Source of the DNA: Phoronis australis
Taxonomy: Eukaryota > Animalia > Phoronida
Length of the DNA stretch: 37,907 nucleotides
Direction: 5' to 3'
Assembly (NCBI GenBank): GCA_002633005.1
Contig: NMRA01000768.1
Coordinates: 120,667 to 158,573, forward strand
Made by a program: the position numbers and the translations under genes. Shown in pieces: positions 1 through 37,907 of the stretch (positions within the stretch are counted from its first letter, which is position 1; each line of letters opens with the position of its first letter). The notes under the pieces were generated by a model, which saw nothing but the letters and a program-made list of their open reading frames with translations, was not told where the DNA came from and ran no database searches.

Positions 1-3000
1 GAGAGAGAGAGAGAGTTTAGCTAGAGTTGAGGTAGGTAAGAATGGAGAGGGGAAAGGCTTCCGGTAAGGGGAAGAGGGAAAAGGAGGAGAGTTTTGTCGT
101 GTCTTTCCGTTTTAGTGATGAAGCACGTTCTGCCATCTGTTACTGTTCTCGTAGATAGTGGTTAGAGAATAGAGTACCGGAACTTCCCATGTTGAGTTCT
201 TGTTTCTCTTTATGTTGGCTGATATAATCCATGAACATCTGCTACTTATGTCAAGATGCCACATAAATTCGGCGACGAGGATGGAATAAAGACTCTGCCC
301 CTGAGCTTACACACTGCAGTGCGCGCTTATTTGTTCTATTTGACGGTCAAGAATTTTGATTCACTATTCATGGCTACATCGGTTGCACCACCTCCACCGT
401 TCCTGGCCTGCCCAGGTAACCCTGCTTACCAGTGGAAAATCTGGGTAGATTTGTTCACAAACTATTGACCCATAACCTTCTGGTCAAAACATTCTCTGCT
501 GTTCTTAAATCAGGAGTGCCGCTACATGCCGTCGGTGCTGAAACTCAACGAATCTCCTACACTTTACCTACTGATTCTGTCGAATCTGCTGACGGGGATG
601 ACGAGTATCTAATAGCGATTAGCTTGTAGCTTAAAAGCTACAAGAGAGTCATTTTGCTCCGGTTGAGAATGCTGTTGTCGCTAGTGTGAAGTTTCGTAAG
701 AAGGTGCCCACACATTGCCTGGTGAAATCGTCAACCAGTATGCTGCAAAATTACGCAAACTCCCGATTCCATATAATTATCGTGCTGACATCGTGAATGA
801 AATGATCAGAGATTAGTTGGTTGAGAAAACGTGCTCTTAACAGGAGCAAGAACGATATTAGATCGTGCTCTTACGCATGCCAGGCGTATCGACAATGGTA
901 CTAAAGAATCCAAATTACTCAACTTGAAAAATCGTGCTGCCCATTTTGCTAATGGAGTCAGCGCAATACGACACTCGTCAAAGTATGCTTCTCGCAAGTC
1001 AAACTATAGATTATAGACAACAGATTCGCAACTCCGACATTTTCTTGCGAAATATGCTAAAGGAGGCGCCACCCTCTAAACGTAAGAAACTCAGCTTCCG
1101 GTTATTGTATTGTGACGGGAAATTCTTGTAGGCCTATATGGTTTATTGTCTAGTACAACGAAAAAAACTCGGCATTGAAACACTGTTCAAGGTATTCCAA
1201 CAGTAGAGTCCATAAACTTTGAGCAGCACCGGCGTGCATTAGCGCTTGAAAGGAAACGTCGCGTGGGGTGCTGTTGAAGTGCGAGATTGGTTTTTTGAGT
1301 AGGCCTGATGGTTATTACTGGAGTATCAATATGAGCTCTATTTAAGAAGTTGACATTTTACGAGAGTTCAATTTATTTACACACGGATGCGAGTTGGGCA
1401 AAATCGCCAATTCAAATTCCGACGAAATGACCAAGATTAGCAGACGACGCACTTACCGGAAGTAAAACGTGCTATGTCTGTCAAGTGTCGCTAGTGAATA
1501 ATGACGTTACGGCTTATGACTAAGATCCCAGATTTCGTCCATGAAAAACAATATATACGGAGTTGGCAGTCCATGTACTGTAGTCTTTGATCAAACCAAC
1601 AACGTCGGGCCATGCCTTCAGCTAAACCTAACTGCGTCTGGAAAATCATGTTTTCGTTGTGGTTCGAAAAGTCACTTAGCCAACGCACCCGAGTATCCTG
1701 GACGTAATTCCACATGCCATACATGCGGGAAAGTTAGTCACTTGTCGAATGTGTGTCTGGCACACTCGCGGAAAACCCATGCTGCTGGTTCGAAATCGGG
1801 AAATGCAAATTAAGAAACCCCATAACATAAGTTGACTGTGCTTACCCTAAGCGTGAATTGTAATGATTTCTGCACAGTGCTGTACTGCTTTTGTGAGCCA
1901 CGTAGCGATTACAATTATGGTTGATACTGGAAATCCGAGAACCGTTATTCCTGAGCCTGTGTACCGCAAGCACTACCAACATATCCCACTTGAGCCAGCG
2001 AGAGTAAAGCTGAAGTCGTAATCTCAGGACGACATTGAGCTTGGAGGATGCTTCACAGGAGATGCGTACGTCATATGAGGATCGCATCTCAGTGCCTGTG
2101 CTTGTAGTCAAGCAGGGAACTGCATTACTGGGTCGCAACTTACTCACTGGCCTTGGATTGCAGATTGATGGTCGTTTACTTAGGGTACACGTCAATCCGT
2201 TGGGCTCAGTGAAGGCCCAGACATTAACTCTAGTTTGCCGGACGATTTAGTGCCGGAATTTATTTATTTGAACCTGGTCCTGGAATTGTCAAGTGTTTTA
2301 TGCATTAAGTCCGAGTAAAGCCGAATGTCGTGCCTGTCCAAGCACCGTTACGTCTTTTGCCGTACTCCATTGGTGATCAAGCTGGGAAAGAACTGGATTG
2401 CTTAGAAAGTGCAGGTGTAATTGAGAATGTTGATGCATCTGAATGGGTGTCATCGTTCATGTGCGTCCGCAAAAAATCTGTTCAGGTACGACTATGTGTT
2501 GGCACCAAGCAGTGAAGTCATCATAGATACGTTTCCCCTACCGAAGATCGACGAAGTACTTGGCGAATTACGTGGTGCGTCCCAGTTGACGATGGGTTTT
2601 GGCTTGAACAGATTAAGGGCCTGCAATCATACTTAGCCAATTTGATTATCTACGGTCGAACTTGGGAGGAATACCGAGGTAACTTGCATGCTACCCTAGC
2701 TCGTGTAAGAGAACTTGGAATCATGTTCAGCAACAAAACTTGTCATTTTGATTTAACGTCGATTTAGTTTCTTGGCCAAGAAGTGAATACTAAATGGACT
2801 TTAAAGTAGGTGACTGAGTGTGCGTCAAATCGCCTCGCCATGTGCTCAAAGGATAAAAAAGTTTTCTGATCCTGTCCCCATTACCACGAAGAAAGGTCCA
2901 TCTACGTATCACACTTCAAGGGAAAAAGTTTGGTCTCAAAGACAGTTATCGTTTTATCGTGGTCGTGTCAGTTGATGCCGACCGTCAGTCAACTTCTGAC

Positions 3001-3656
3001 TGACAGTACCGATTCAGGCGCCATAGGGGGCTGGGGGGGGGGACGGGGCTACAGTCCACCACTTTTTTCAGTGCTACGCCGCGCATGGTCTATAGTTGAT
3101 GCACCACATGGGCTGAGGGGGCTTTAGTCCCCACATTTTTAGTGCTGCGCCGCCCATGTTCGTATAGATAAAAGTTACAGTACAGTACTTCTCAGTTCAT
3201 GTTTTTCCTTATCATTGGCTGAAATAATCCACCAACATCTGCTAGTTATGGCAAGGTGCCAAAGTTTCAAATAGTCTTTGAACTTCGCGCGGGCAGTAAA
3301 CAGCGAATCAACATTATTTTTGTACCACCATTTAAATGTTAGATGAGAATTTTCATCAAAATGTTCATATTTCATGAGCTTAAATGAATCGTTTCAGTGA
3401 TAATACACGAAGTTCATTTAGTACCGGGTTATTTTAATTAATATCATCAAGAGAGGGAACAGTCTAAAGATTTTGGCGATATTTCTTCATTTTGATACAT
3501 TTCACAGATGAGCAGCAGCAATTTTGCTATGATAAGTCCACAATGGACAACTAAGTAATACAACATTCCAGAGCAATAGCAGTCCTGTGTCAGTGTTAGT
3601 CGCAGTGATGTGGCTTGTTATTGCTTGCAGCATTACTAGTCTGTTGGTGGTTAAAC
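1..3656 (+). repeat. Near-identical direct duplication, copy A (left end lies outside the window)
   Basis: Matches 12078-15735. Differences I found: T/C at 1204 vs 13281, a 2-nt indel near 1275 vs 13352, and T/C at 2192 vs 14271. Confidence 0.97.
95..2800 (+). mobile_element. Decayed Ty3/gypsy LTR retrotransposon (gag, protease, partial RT), copy 1
   Basis: PBS-like GGCGACGAGGA at 271-281; gag start MATSVAPPPPFLACPGNPAYQWKIW; zinc knuckles CFRCGSKSH and CHTCGKVSHLSNVC; protease VDTG at 1920; RT segments PLRLLPYS..ELDCLESAGVIE..SEWVS, FPLPKIDE and a degenerate YLAN in place of YxDD. Many stops and frameshifts; no integrase seen. Boundaries approximate. Confidence 0.88.
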
Positions 3657-6600
3657 TGCTAAGAATTACCAGTTATCCGTGTTGTCATGTTATTACTTCA
3701 AAATTCATTGTTTCGGTATTTTTGTTTTACGTCACTGTTTTACAACGGTTAGCGATCGCTTCCAGGTCATAATTTTCTGATTAGGACAATGAATGTTCCC
3801 GTTTAACTGAAGTCCAATCAGATTACGTCACGGACTAAGGTCATCCCGTGATCTAGTCACGAGAATTTGTCAGAGGGCGATCTAAAGTGTAATATGTGCT
3901 CTGTAGGCTGTCATACACTATATGATATCAGTCAGGACAAACAATGAAAAGCATATCGGGGAAGATGTAATGCGCTATCATACCTAAATTCATTATAGGT
4001 TGCCATCACTGACTAAAATAGGGAGTCATGTTCTGGTGTCGAAAACAGCAACTTTCTTCAGAAACGCATATGGACTTTCAAAGCAACGTCATCGCATTCC
4101 TATCCTTAGTTTAAATTGAAATTGGTTAAACTAAAGTCGGCCTTGGGTCTGTTTCATAAAAAGTTTAAGACAGAAATTTGGTCTTGCGCCCCACATAACT
4201 ATTATTGCTCAGAAATATAGTTAAATCCTACTTAGTATAGGTGCATTCTCGGAGAATATACACATGACTGCTAGTTTCTGAGAAAATATCTATAAATTAG
4301 TTCTAGACTGTGCAGCCCTCATAATTACTGGGCTAAACTTTTATTCACCAGATGTGACAGTGAGAGCGCCAGTAAGAGCAAATTCTTCTCACAACCATAC
4401 TACCATGACCACTTGCAAGCAACTCAAGCCATCAAACCTGGAGACAGTTTCTAATTACCGTAAAGACGATGAAGACGAGACCGATTTTAGCAGCACGTGC
4501 TCTCGACCGAAACTTCTTTTTAACAGAAAGCTTGTGCTTATCGGCCCTTTAAAAATCGTTTCAAATGTGCAGATGAATGCTATCGTCGACGCTCATAGCG
4601 ATCACAGGGCACCTTTTGCTGAAATGAGCATCGTAATTTGTTCTGATGGAGAAAATACTGCGTACCTTAATAAGGAATTTCGATCGCGCTTATCAGCTGT
4701 ACACACCCAGATCCAGTCACACACTAGGAACATTATTACCTTGTTGAGTGACTACTAAATTTGGATTACCACTTTTGCACAAGCTCTTCCATGGCATCTG
4801 CCGAAGCAGAAAATGTGCCGGTGAAAGGCAGCATTGTATTTACTAATGTTTTGAGCTATAACTATGTTGTTTTTAATTCAGTCTCTTTCGGACAAAAACA
4901 AATGGTAATTACAAATGTTAGAAGGACGGATTACAAACACTCTTTAAAAAGAACACCGTCCTAGATATTTACTATACAAAACCCTGCATAGCGTATCGTG
5001 CAGGCTTTAGGCATACAGGACAAGGCAGCATGCATATTTTTGTCCCACCGTTTTGTTCTTTTATTTATAAACGAATAAAATGAGACCAACAGACTTCTTA
5101 GAAATTTTTTTATAAATTTGCTTAACAACGGCGGGAAAAGCAGGGTGCACAAACAATTACAATTGGTTTAATTAACAAAATTTAAAAGTTCCCATGATCT
5201 TTTTTATTAAGCGATGTCATAAAAAATGTTGTGTAATGTTTTTTCATCGGAAATCCAACAGACTGCTCAAGAATGAACGTGTAAGTCAAGACATTACCTG
5301 TTGCTAGCGGTACTTGACATGCTGTGAAAATCGAGGTGCAAACGTACACAGAAACACCACACGATTCCTCCCAGGAATGAAGATGGTCACACCAAGAAAG
5401 CAATTGTTACGCAATCACCCAAGAGGTTACGTTGACACTCGATAGTTTATCTAGATCTGAAATTCTCGGTTGCCCACAATTCTCCTTGCATTATTTTAAT
5501 CCTAGTCGCCCGAAGTACCTCTCGACTTATCTGCCCTGTTGAGTTCAACGAGCCCGCCCTGGTTGTGGTAGACGATCGTCCCTTATTGTGAATATAACTG
5601 TTACTGTTACGCTGGTTTTCATGTGACATATTGATAAGATCTTTTCGTTTCCATTGTTTTCGTTTATTTACGACCTGCGAATACTATTATCAGTTCAGAT
5701 TTCAGATATATGAAGTATTCCCACGTATTTGTGCTTAGTAATCGCGTTGGTGTCAAAGTAAGCATCCAATCAACAAATTTTTAAAACTTTTGTCTTCTTT
5801 CAATTGCCTGAATTGTGAAATTAGTTGCGAATTCGCACAAAACGTGAAAAAACAGATATAAATGAAATAATGATGTGACCTGTCAATCAATTTCAAGACC
5901 CGCCTACCGATTTTACTCAACAAGAAAATAATCGGAAAGTATATAAATGTTTTATTCGCACCAGTTGCACTCAGTCTTGAGACATAGAGGCAGCGGTGGT
6001 AGGTGCTAACTTTCCGTCGCACCTCCGCAGCACAGGCGCTTGAGTTTATATGTTCCTGAAATCACTACTGACGACACTGGTTATGAGTCATCGGGAAATT
6101 CGAGCGCCTGTGCTCAGCAGTTATCCCTCGACTTGGACCCAATTAGCGAGTGTCCCAGCTATTTACATGTATGACTGACCCTGACTGAAACTTCAGAGAG
6201 GCCCAAAAATAGCCGTCTGATCACCGTGCTTCGGACTATCGGTAATTTTTTTCTGTTCAGTTCAGAGCATTAAAAAAATAAAACTGGTTTTTCAGTAACG
6301 ACGCCTTGGATTAGTGATTTGGGGAACCTTAATGATTGGGCCCAATAAAATTTGGCGTTGTACACGCGAAATTACTTCACCAGCAGACTCCACAACAACC
6401 GTGAAATACGGCTCCTACAGTTGAATACGGCCTCTACCGCGATAAACAGTTTGGCTCTACTTAATTCCCGTATATCACAGTTTGTCTGTCATGGGTCATT
6501 CGGTGTTCAGTACGGTACTATTGTTCGTTTTAAATCAGTGTTCGCCGGTACCTCGAATATCTAGTCTAGCTCATTTTCTGGGCTCTTTGTAAGGCCCCCA

Positions 6601-7280
6601 GGGGTCACACCCAGAATGCAGACAACGGCAGACGTCCATTTCTGTACATACTGAGGTGGACTCTAAATGCTCCCGTGGTCAGATGTTGGTACCTCGTTCA
6701 TCTATGCTAAGTGCTCCGGGCTGCCGGTCTACAACTCTCGATAGAAAATTTCATGACGAAAACATTTTTGCAAGTATCGATAAAAACTACGTTAAAATGC
6801 CATATCAACAAGACAATGTAAATACCGGATAGCCCAGAGATACATCTCAATCTTTTTTAGCCCCAACGACGTATGCTCGTGGCCGAATTTTTGCAGGCAG
6901 AATTACTATTTTCAATTTTTCCAAAATGGGCAATTTTTTTAAACTTCTCGTGAAATCGTGAATTAAACAATAACATGAGAACGAGGGTTAACTTATTTGC
7001 TAAGTTTGGGAACAATTTTTCCATCTCATTGACCTTTCTGCGCGAAAGAAATCCAGATCCACAATAGCGTCCAATTTGTAGCGCTCTGGGCGCCTACCTG
7101 CACACAGAGATCGCGTGTCACTCAGCTATCGCCAGGACTATGACTGACTGCTTAACTGACCAATTAGAACGCAGAATTTTTTACACTCCTTCGTCTGCTT
7201 TTCCAAGCCGCCATTTTACCCGACAAGCATCACGTTGTCGTGTAAAACCTATTTTAGTCTCTAGAAATTGTGCGATAAGA

Positions 7281-7520
7281 ATGGTGAAACGATGTTGAAA
7301 TGGCGTGTGTAATCCTGAAAGCCGTTATGCAGCTCGTGAAGAATATCCGGTCATTTTTGGGCATTTCCATAGCCGAAAAGTCTATCGACTGTGTAAACGA
7401 TCGATAAAAACCGGGTGTGGACTGCCAAACGAGCAGCTGAACTTGACAATATTGTTACTCGAAAGTTAAACACAAATATATTTGTTTCAAGATACCCATT
7501 TTCAGTTTGGTGGCTACGGT
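7281..7520 (+). pseudogene. Decayed THAP-type zinc-finger fragment, probably DNA-transposon derived
   Basis: MVKRC*NGVCNPESRY followed by frameshifted FPxP, CGxPxEQLN and YIC..HF-like segments. Confidence 0.5.
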
Positions 7521-7654
7521 GTAGGCCTATCTGATTTTCACTCCGGAAATTCACTCCTTCGGCCGCCTTTGTCTCGGTACCTGTTGGATCGCAGCAGAAT
7601 GTCCTTGGAAATTGCTGTTTTTAGGGACACTTATATTATCATTACATCAGACTT

Positions 7655-8160
7655 GACTCTTCAAGATACTCATTTTGTGAAGACTTTGGAGGATCAATTC
7701 CAATTACAGTGGGGGTTTTCCTGCTATTTCAGTTCATTCAAGGGCAATGCAATAGGAGTCCCAATAATGTTGAGTAATAATTTTGAACATCAAATACACG
7801 GTTGGAGAAGCGACAAAAGTGGAAATTATGTATTACTTGATATTACAATGGAGGGAGAGAGAATTACGCTTGTAAACTTGTATGGTCCAAACGAGGACAA
7901 ACCTGATTTTTTTCAAACCTTTTAAAGGAAATTGAGGAGGTGGGTAATGAATAAATTATTGCATGTGGGGATTTCAATCTGGTTTTAGACCAGTCTAAAG
8001 ACACGCGTTACTATAAGCAACGCAATAATCCAAACGCCAGTGAAAAATTAAAAGAACAAACACAAATGTTGGACCTCGCAGATCCATTTCGGGAATTTCA
8101 ACCGAATTAAAACCGTTATACATGGAGACCCAAAAAATCCTATAAAGCAACTTAAGCTGA
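7655..8160 (+). mobile_element. L1/Tx1-type LINE AP-endonuclease fragment
   Basis: LQDTH...GVPIMLSNNF...DKSGNYVLLDI...ITLVNLYGPNEDKPDFF, then after a frameshift IIACGDFNLVLD...DLADPFR...RYTWR. Contains stops. Confidence 0.88.
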
Positions 8161-9000
8161 ATAACTTGTATCTTTTCCACACAAAATTCAGATCGTACAC
8201 GGAGGCCACTGCACGCAGCTCCAAACTTGCCTTATGACAGTTAACAGTAGTTGAACTATCGGCAGTAGAAGTGTTGCATAGATCGTCTATCTTTTTGTTG
8301 GCGAAATCCGTTGTTCTAAAGGAAATGCTAGATTGTGTCTCCAAGTGCATGTATGCTGCCGCCAATGGAGATAAAAACACCACTTTCCCAGCAATGGCAC
8401 GACAGCCGACAGCTCTCACCAACCCGGCCGTATCATTTTTGATCGTCTCAGCTGGGTTTTCTTTTTCTTTGAAAAAGCAAGCAATTAAAACAAATGCCGC
8501 ATTACCTATTCGATTATCAAAAAAATAATAAAATAAAATATCCAGAACCCATTAGGCTGTTTTGCCCAATCACTAGCTTTTGGAGTGACATAAATTTACT
8601 ACAGGCCCTATCCACCCACCGATGGTGATCGCACGTGATTAATCATATAGCACTTTGCATATTTAAGTAGATTGAAGCTTTTGTGAACACTCCTTTCATC
8701 AGAGTTTAGCACCGTTTGCCAAAAAGCAGTAAAGCAGTCGTCGTTTTACGACATTTACTCATTTAAGAAACATCTATGTTGTTGTTTTTATTTCAACTAA
8801 AAAAATTGCAAAGTTGATTCTGTGCTGGGTTTTTATTATTGCGGCATTAAACAATGGCGCACGGCATCAAAATTCTTAATGAAGTCATACTGAACACACG
8901 TAATAATTTTTATACCACAATATTAGCGTCAAATGGCAGATAAAACCGTGTAATAACCCATAAAGTTATCTCACTAGTGAGATAACGATTTGGCGGGAAA

Positions 9001-9069
9001 CCGAGGACGGAGTCGAACCCGGGACCTTGGTAGTGCTGATCGTCGACTTTAACCACTACACCACGCGGC
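9001..9069 (-). repeat. tRNA-derived SINE-like head
   Basis: A-box TGGTGTAGTGG and B-box GGTTCGACTCC at tRNA spacing. No convincing acceptor stem. Confidence 0.55.
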
Positions 9070-9248
9070 GACTGACGTCACCAAGAGTGAAAATAGAATA
9101 CTTAAATGAGCACGCGCAATAATCGCACGTTCAACCAACCGCATTGTACTGTACTTATACGCTACGAAAAATAAGACACATAATTTCCATAAAAATGATA
9201 TCTTAATTCAGTGAAATTTTTCTCTCATGTCCTCTTACTTGTAAATCA

Positions 9249-9279
9249 NNNNNNNNNNNNNNNNNNNNNNNNNNNNNNN
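9249..9279. other. Assembly gap (31 N)
   Basis: Run of N. Confidence 1.
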
Positions 9280-9449
9280 TAATATTGAGATGTGCTATTA
9301 CACAATTAATTGAGAAAGTATAATATTGAGATGTGCTATTACACAATTAATTGAGAAAGTATAATATTGAGATGTGCTATTACACAATTAATTGAGAAAG
9401 TATAATATTGAGATGTGCTATTACACAATTAATTGAGGAAGTATAATAT
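9280..9449. repeat. 41-bp minisatellite, about 4 visible copies, abutting the gap
   Basis: Unit AATATTGAGATGTGCTATTACACAATTAATTGAGAAAGTAT starts at 9281, 9322, 9363 and 9404. Confidence 0.95.
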
Positions 9450-10403
9450 GCATATGGAAATGCCCCCACAAAGAGTTTTGCTGTTTTAGGTTATCCTATA
9501 GTAATCTGTTTATCACGGCATTGTGATAGCACACCGGCGTCAAAAAGTCAAAGGTCTTGGGATAGTAGAATTCTTCTAGTGGATGGAATTCGCAAATAAC
9601 AAAAGTGTAGGATGCCATGTGGATTTGCAACAAGTACGCTTGCTTATAAATAAGTGCCCTAACAACTGAAAGAGAGTAACGCACTTCGAACGAAATTCGC
9701 GTTTAGTTGTATTGACAAAATTCTCTGATTAGGTGATTAAAAACATACAATGGAAAATTCAAAATTAGGGTAACTCATTTTGGGTCCACTAAGCAAATTC
9801 AACGTGCTAATTTGCTATCTTTGAATAACCACCCCTCATCCTTTCTAGTTTCCAGATAGCATTCATCTAAAATCTATTTTGCGTTGGAAAAAGGCTGAAG
9901 AATACTATTAGCATCTTATTAATTCGCTCGTGATTTCCTTCTTAGTTTAAAACGTGCTCTTTTTGTATTCAGAATAGAGCAAAATGTATATCCGATGAAT
10001 CCCGTCATTGGTCATCTAAAGCACAGAGAATAATTTCTAAGCAAATGTCGCTTGGTATTTTGTGTTTTAGATGGGCGTAGTTTGGGCATCTGAAATGATC
10101 CCAGCTAAGATAAATACGGTCGTCATTGTTCTGAAAAAAAAATCAAAAATGCATACAGCTTTGGCGTAGTGATGCAAAAATTACCAGAAGGGACAGTAGC
10201 CGTGGAAGTCGTGATTTAACCGTCAAGCTCATTCAAACTACGCGGCGAAATTACTATGTGATCACCTTTTACATTTTAAGACCTCATGTCCAGACATCCC
10301 ACGATATTCCCTTGATATCTATAAGCCATTTTACTTCAGACACAATGAAATCACTGAAAGCCGCTCGATACATGAATATTTCAGCACGCTTAGGAACAGG
10401 CGA

Positions 10404-35812
<25,409 letters not shown>

Positions 35813-37579
35813 TGTGACCCCGATTTCCAACGAATGTTCTTGGCACACAAGCCAGTTAAAAGTTCCAGAACACAAATAGTGTTAAATAATTTCAACAGCG
35901 CGGTACCCTCGTGCGAGCGGGGATTTGGTCATTTACCGTCCTGTTCTCGAAATTCGTTAGTTATCCTTTTCTTCACTGCTAAAGTGAACATAAAGAGTTG
36001 GCACAATCATCACAACGCTGACAAGCACAAAAATGTCTCAAATTTGCAGGCTATTACAAACTTCTGCAATTTTGAGAAAAAACAGGTTTATATTTTTGAT
36101 ATTTTCCAATTATAAATGCTAGTATAAAAATGTTTACAACTTTAGCAAAATTAAGTTTCTTTTGACGGTATTCGTCATCGACGTACTTGATGGACGTTGG
36201 ACAAATCGCCGACGAGAAGTCGTGGAAAATACATATAGATTATTACATGGCGAAGTCGTTATCCCCCGATATCTAGAGCCCGATTGGATTTTGGAGAATT
36301 ATCGCCTTTCTCGACTCGCCTCGGCTTTGTAACTACTTTCTATGTCATGACCTTCTAAGAAAAGCCGAGCTATTTTTGTCAAATAATGCTTATACTCAAA
36401 ACCAATTGGTAATTTAAACAAAATAGAAATGATTAAATTAAGGTTTAGCAACTATTATAGCTTACTACACATTTTATCACGCCAAGCTTCGACCGGGAAA
36501 ATATCGTCTGCTAAAGCAGGTTACCACTAGTAACTGACTATTGCTCAAGTCAAACGATCCCGACGACTCGATACCCTCATTCAAATTGGAGATCGGTGAT
36601 TTACAAGTGAGAGAACACGAGAGAAAAATTTCACTGAATTAAAATATCGTTTTTATGGAAGTTATGCGTCTTATTTTTCATAGCGTATAAATGTCGATGC
36701 AATGCCCTTTGCTGAACATGCGATTGTTACGCGTGCTCATATTCGTGGCTAATATTGTGGTATAAAACATAATATTCTTGCTATGACATCGCACACAGAA
36801 ATACTATGCATTTCTAGGTCAATGTTGGACCTCGTTGTCTTCAAACTTGATATTCACAGTTTTGCAAATATTGCATTGACAACCACCTTGAGCCAGAGTT
36901 TAGCAGACAAACTGGCAATTAGGCCTGTAAAAAATATTAAACCCAGCCGCAAAGCGCCTACAGCCGCGCAACGTACCAGTGACTACTGGCAAATCACACC
37001 TGTAACAACCTTCGCCGCCGAGATAATAACTCTTAGGCTGTCTCTTGTGAGCCAATTCATTCATGAATGTTGTTTTGGAGAAAATACACATCGAATTTTC
37101 TGGTCATGCAAAATTTTCTCCACTACAATGGCAATGTGGCCTACATATCTACATGTTTAAATCAACCAAAAACTACGGGAAATCACGAAAATTGTCTACA
37201 TGATTATTTCTTAAAAGTGCTTTTGCCATTTGGTGATTGTAAAATCTGAATCAAAATAACAAGCAATACTGCCACGACATATTTTGCTAAAACGTTCGCC
37301 ATTTTCAAGATATATCGCATATCTGATGGTATTTTACATCCATTCCAAAAGAATGTCATTTCTTGTTCAAATTTTACTGATTAAATTTGATTCGTGATTA
37401 ACATGGACGATGGTCGGTTCCTAATTTGGATCTAAGTAGATTGACAAGTTGCTGTCGGAATTCGAAACTACAAGTTTTTACTCGAAATATCCATGTTTTA
37501 AGTGATATTAAACATGCGACATAAATTGTAGCTTGGGGTCATCAAGTAACAATTGGCACACAAATCCAGGTTCGGTTGG

Positions 37580-37907
37580 CTGGGCTAGGGTGAGAGTTAG
37601 CGTTAGGGTTAGGGTTGGGGTTAGGGTTAGGGTTATGGTTAGAGTCGTTATTATAAGGCTTTGGGTGAAGGTTAGGTTTTAGGTTAGGATTAGGGGTAAG
37701 GTTGGGAATGGGGTTGGGTTAGAGTTAGATAAAGCGTTAAGCTTAGGGTTAATGTTAGGGTTACGGTTAAGATTAGGATTACGGTTAGGGTTAGGGTTAG
37801 GTTAGGGTTAGGGTTAAGGTTATGGGTAAACGTTCAGCTTAGGGTGAGGGTTAGGGTTAGGGTTAGGGTTAGCGTTAGGTTTAGGGATAGGGGTAAATAT
37901 TTAGCTT
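37580..37907 (+). repeat. Degenerate telomere-like (TTAGGG)n tract
   Basis: About 330 nt of GGGTTA hexamers and variants, with short perfect runs near 37786-37816 and 37848-37871. Confidence 0.92.

Noticed and set aside
4354-4758. 134-aa ORF
   Set aside because: GTG start, no recognisable motif and no splice context.
9001-9069. Functional tRNA gene
   Set aside because: A and B boxes are present but acceptor and anticodon stems are not convincing; treated as SINE-like.
9280-9449. Regularly spaced repeats resembling a CRISPR array
   Set aside because: Head-to-tail 41-bp units with no unique spacers in eukaryotic DNA: a minisatellite.
35834-36115. ORF containing VPSCERGFGHL, resembling a hAT dimerization motif
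   Set aside because: Match too short, with no supporting context.

Overview
Repeat-rich metazoan genomic DNA with spliceosomal introns, microsatellites, degenerate TTAGGG repeats and one N-gap. It is probably from an invertebrate that is neither an arthropod nor a nematode, but the taxon cannot be fixed from the sequence. The main content is one minus-strand multi-exon gene (ATG 35812 to stop 10404) that I assembled by hand from 11 phase-compatible GT-AG exons (1947 nt, 648 aa). It encodes a signal peptide, an F-type lectin (fucolectin/FTP) domain, a divergent Cys-loop (nAChR/5-HT3-like) extracellular domain and M1-M4: a candidate lectin-fused pentameric ligand-gated ion channel that lacks the acetylcholine aromatic box. 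The exon joining the two halves (30852-30979) is the weakest link in the model. Introns and flanks hold decayed transposons: a Ty3/gypsy remnant present twice in a near-identical duplication of at least 3.6 kb that straddles the gap, a HERO/NeSL-type RLE retroposon, an L1-type endonuclease fragment, two TTAA-flanked THAP-bearing Kolobok-like elements, a hAT remnant, two hAT MITEs with 8-bp TSDs, and tRNA-like SINE heads.
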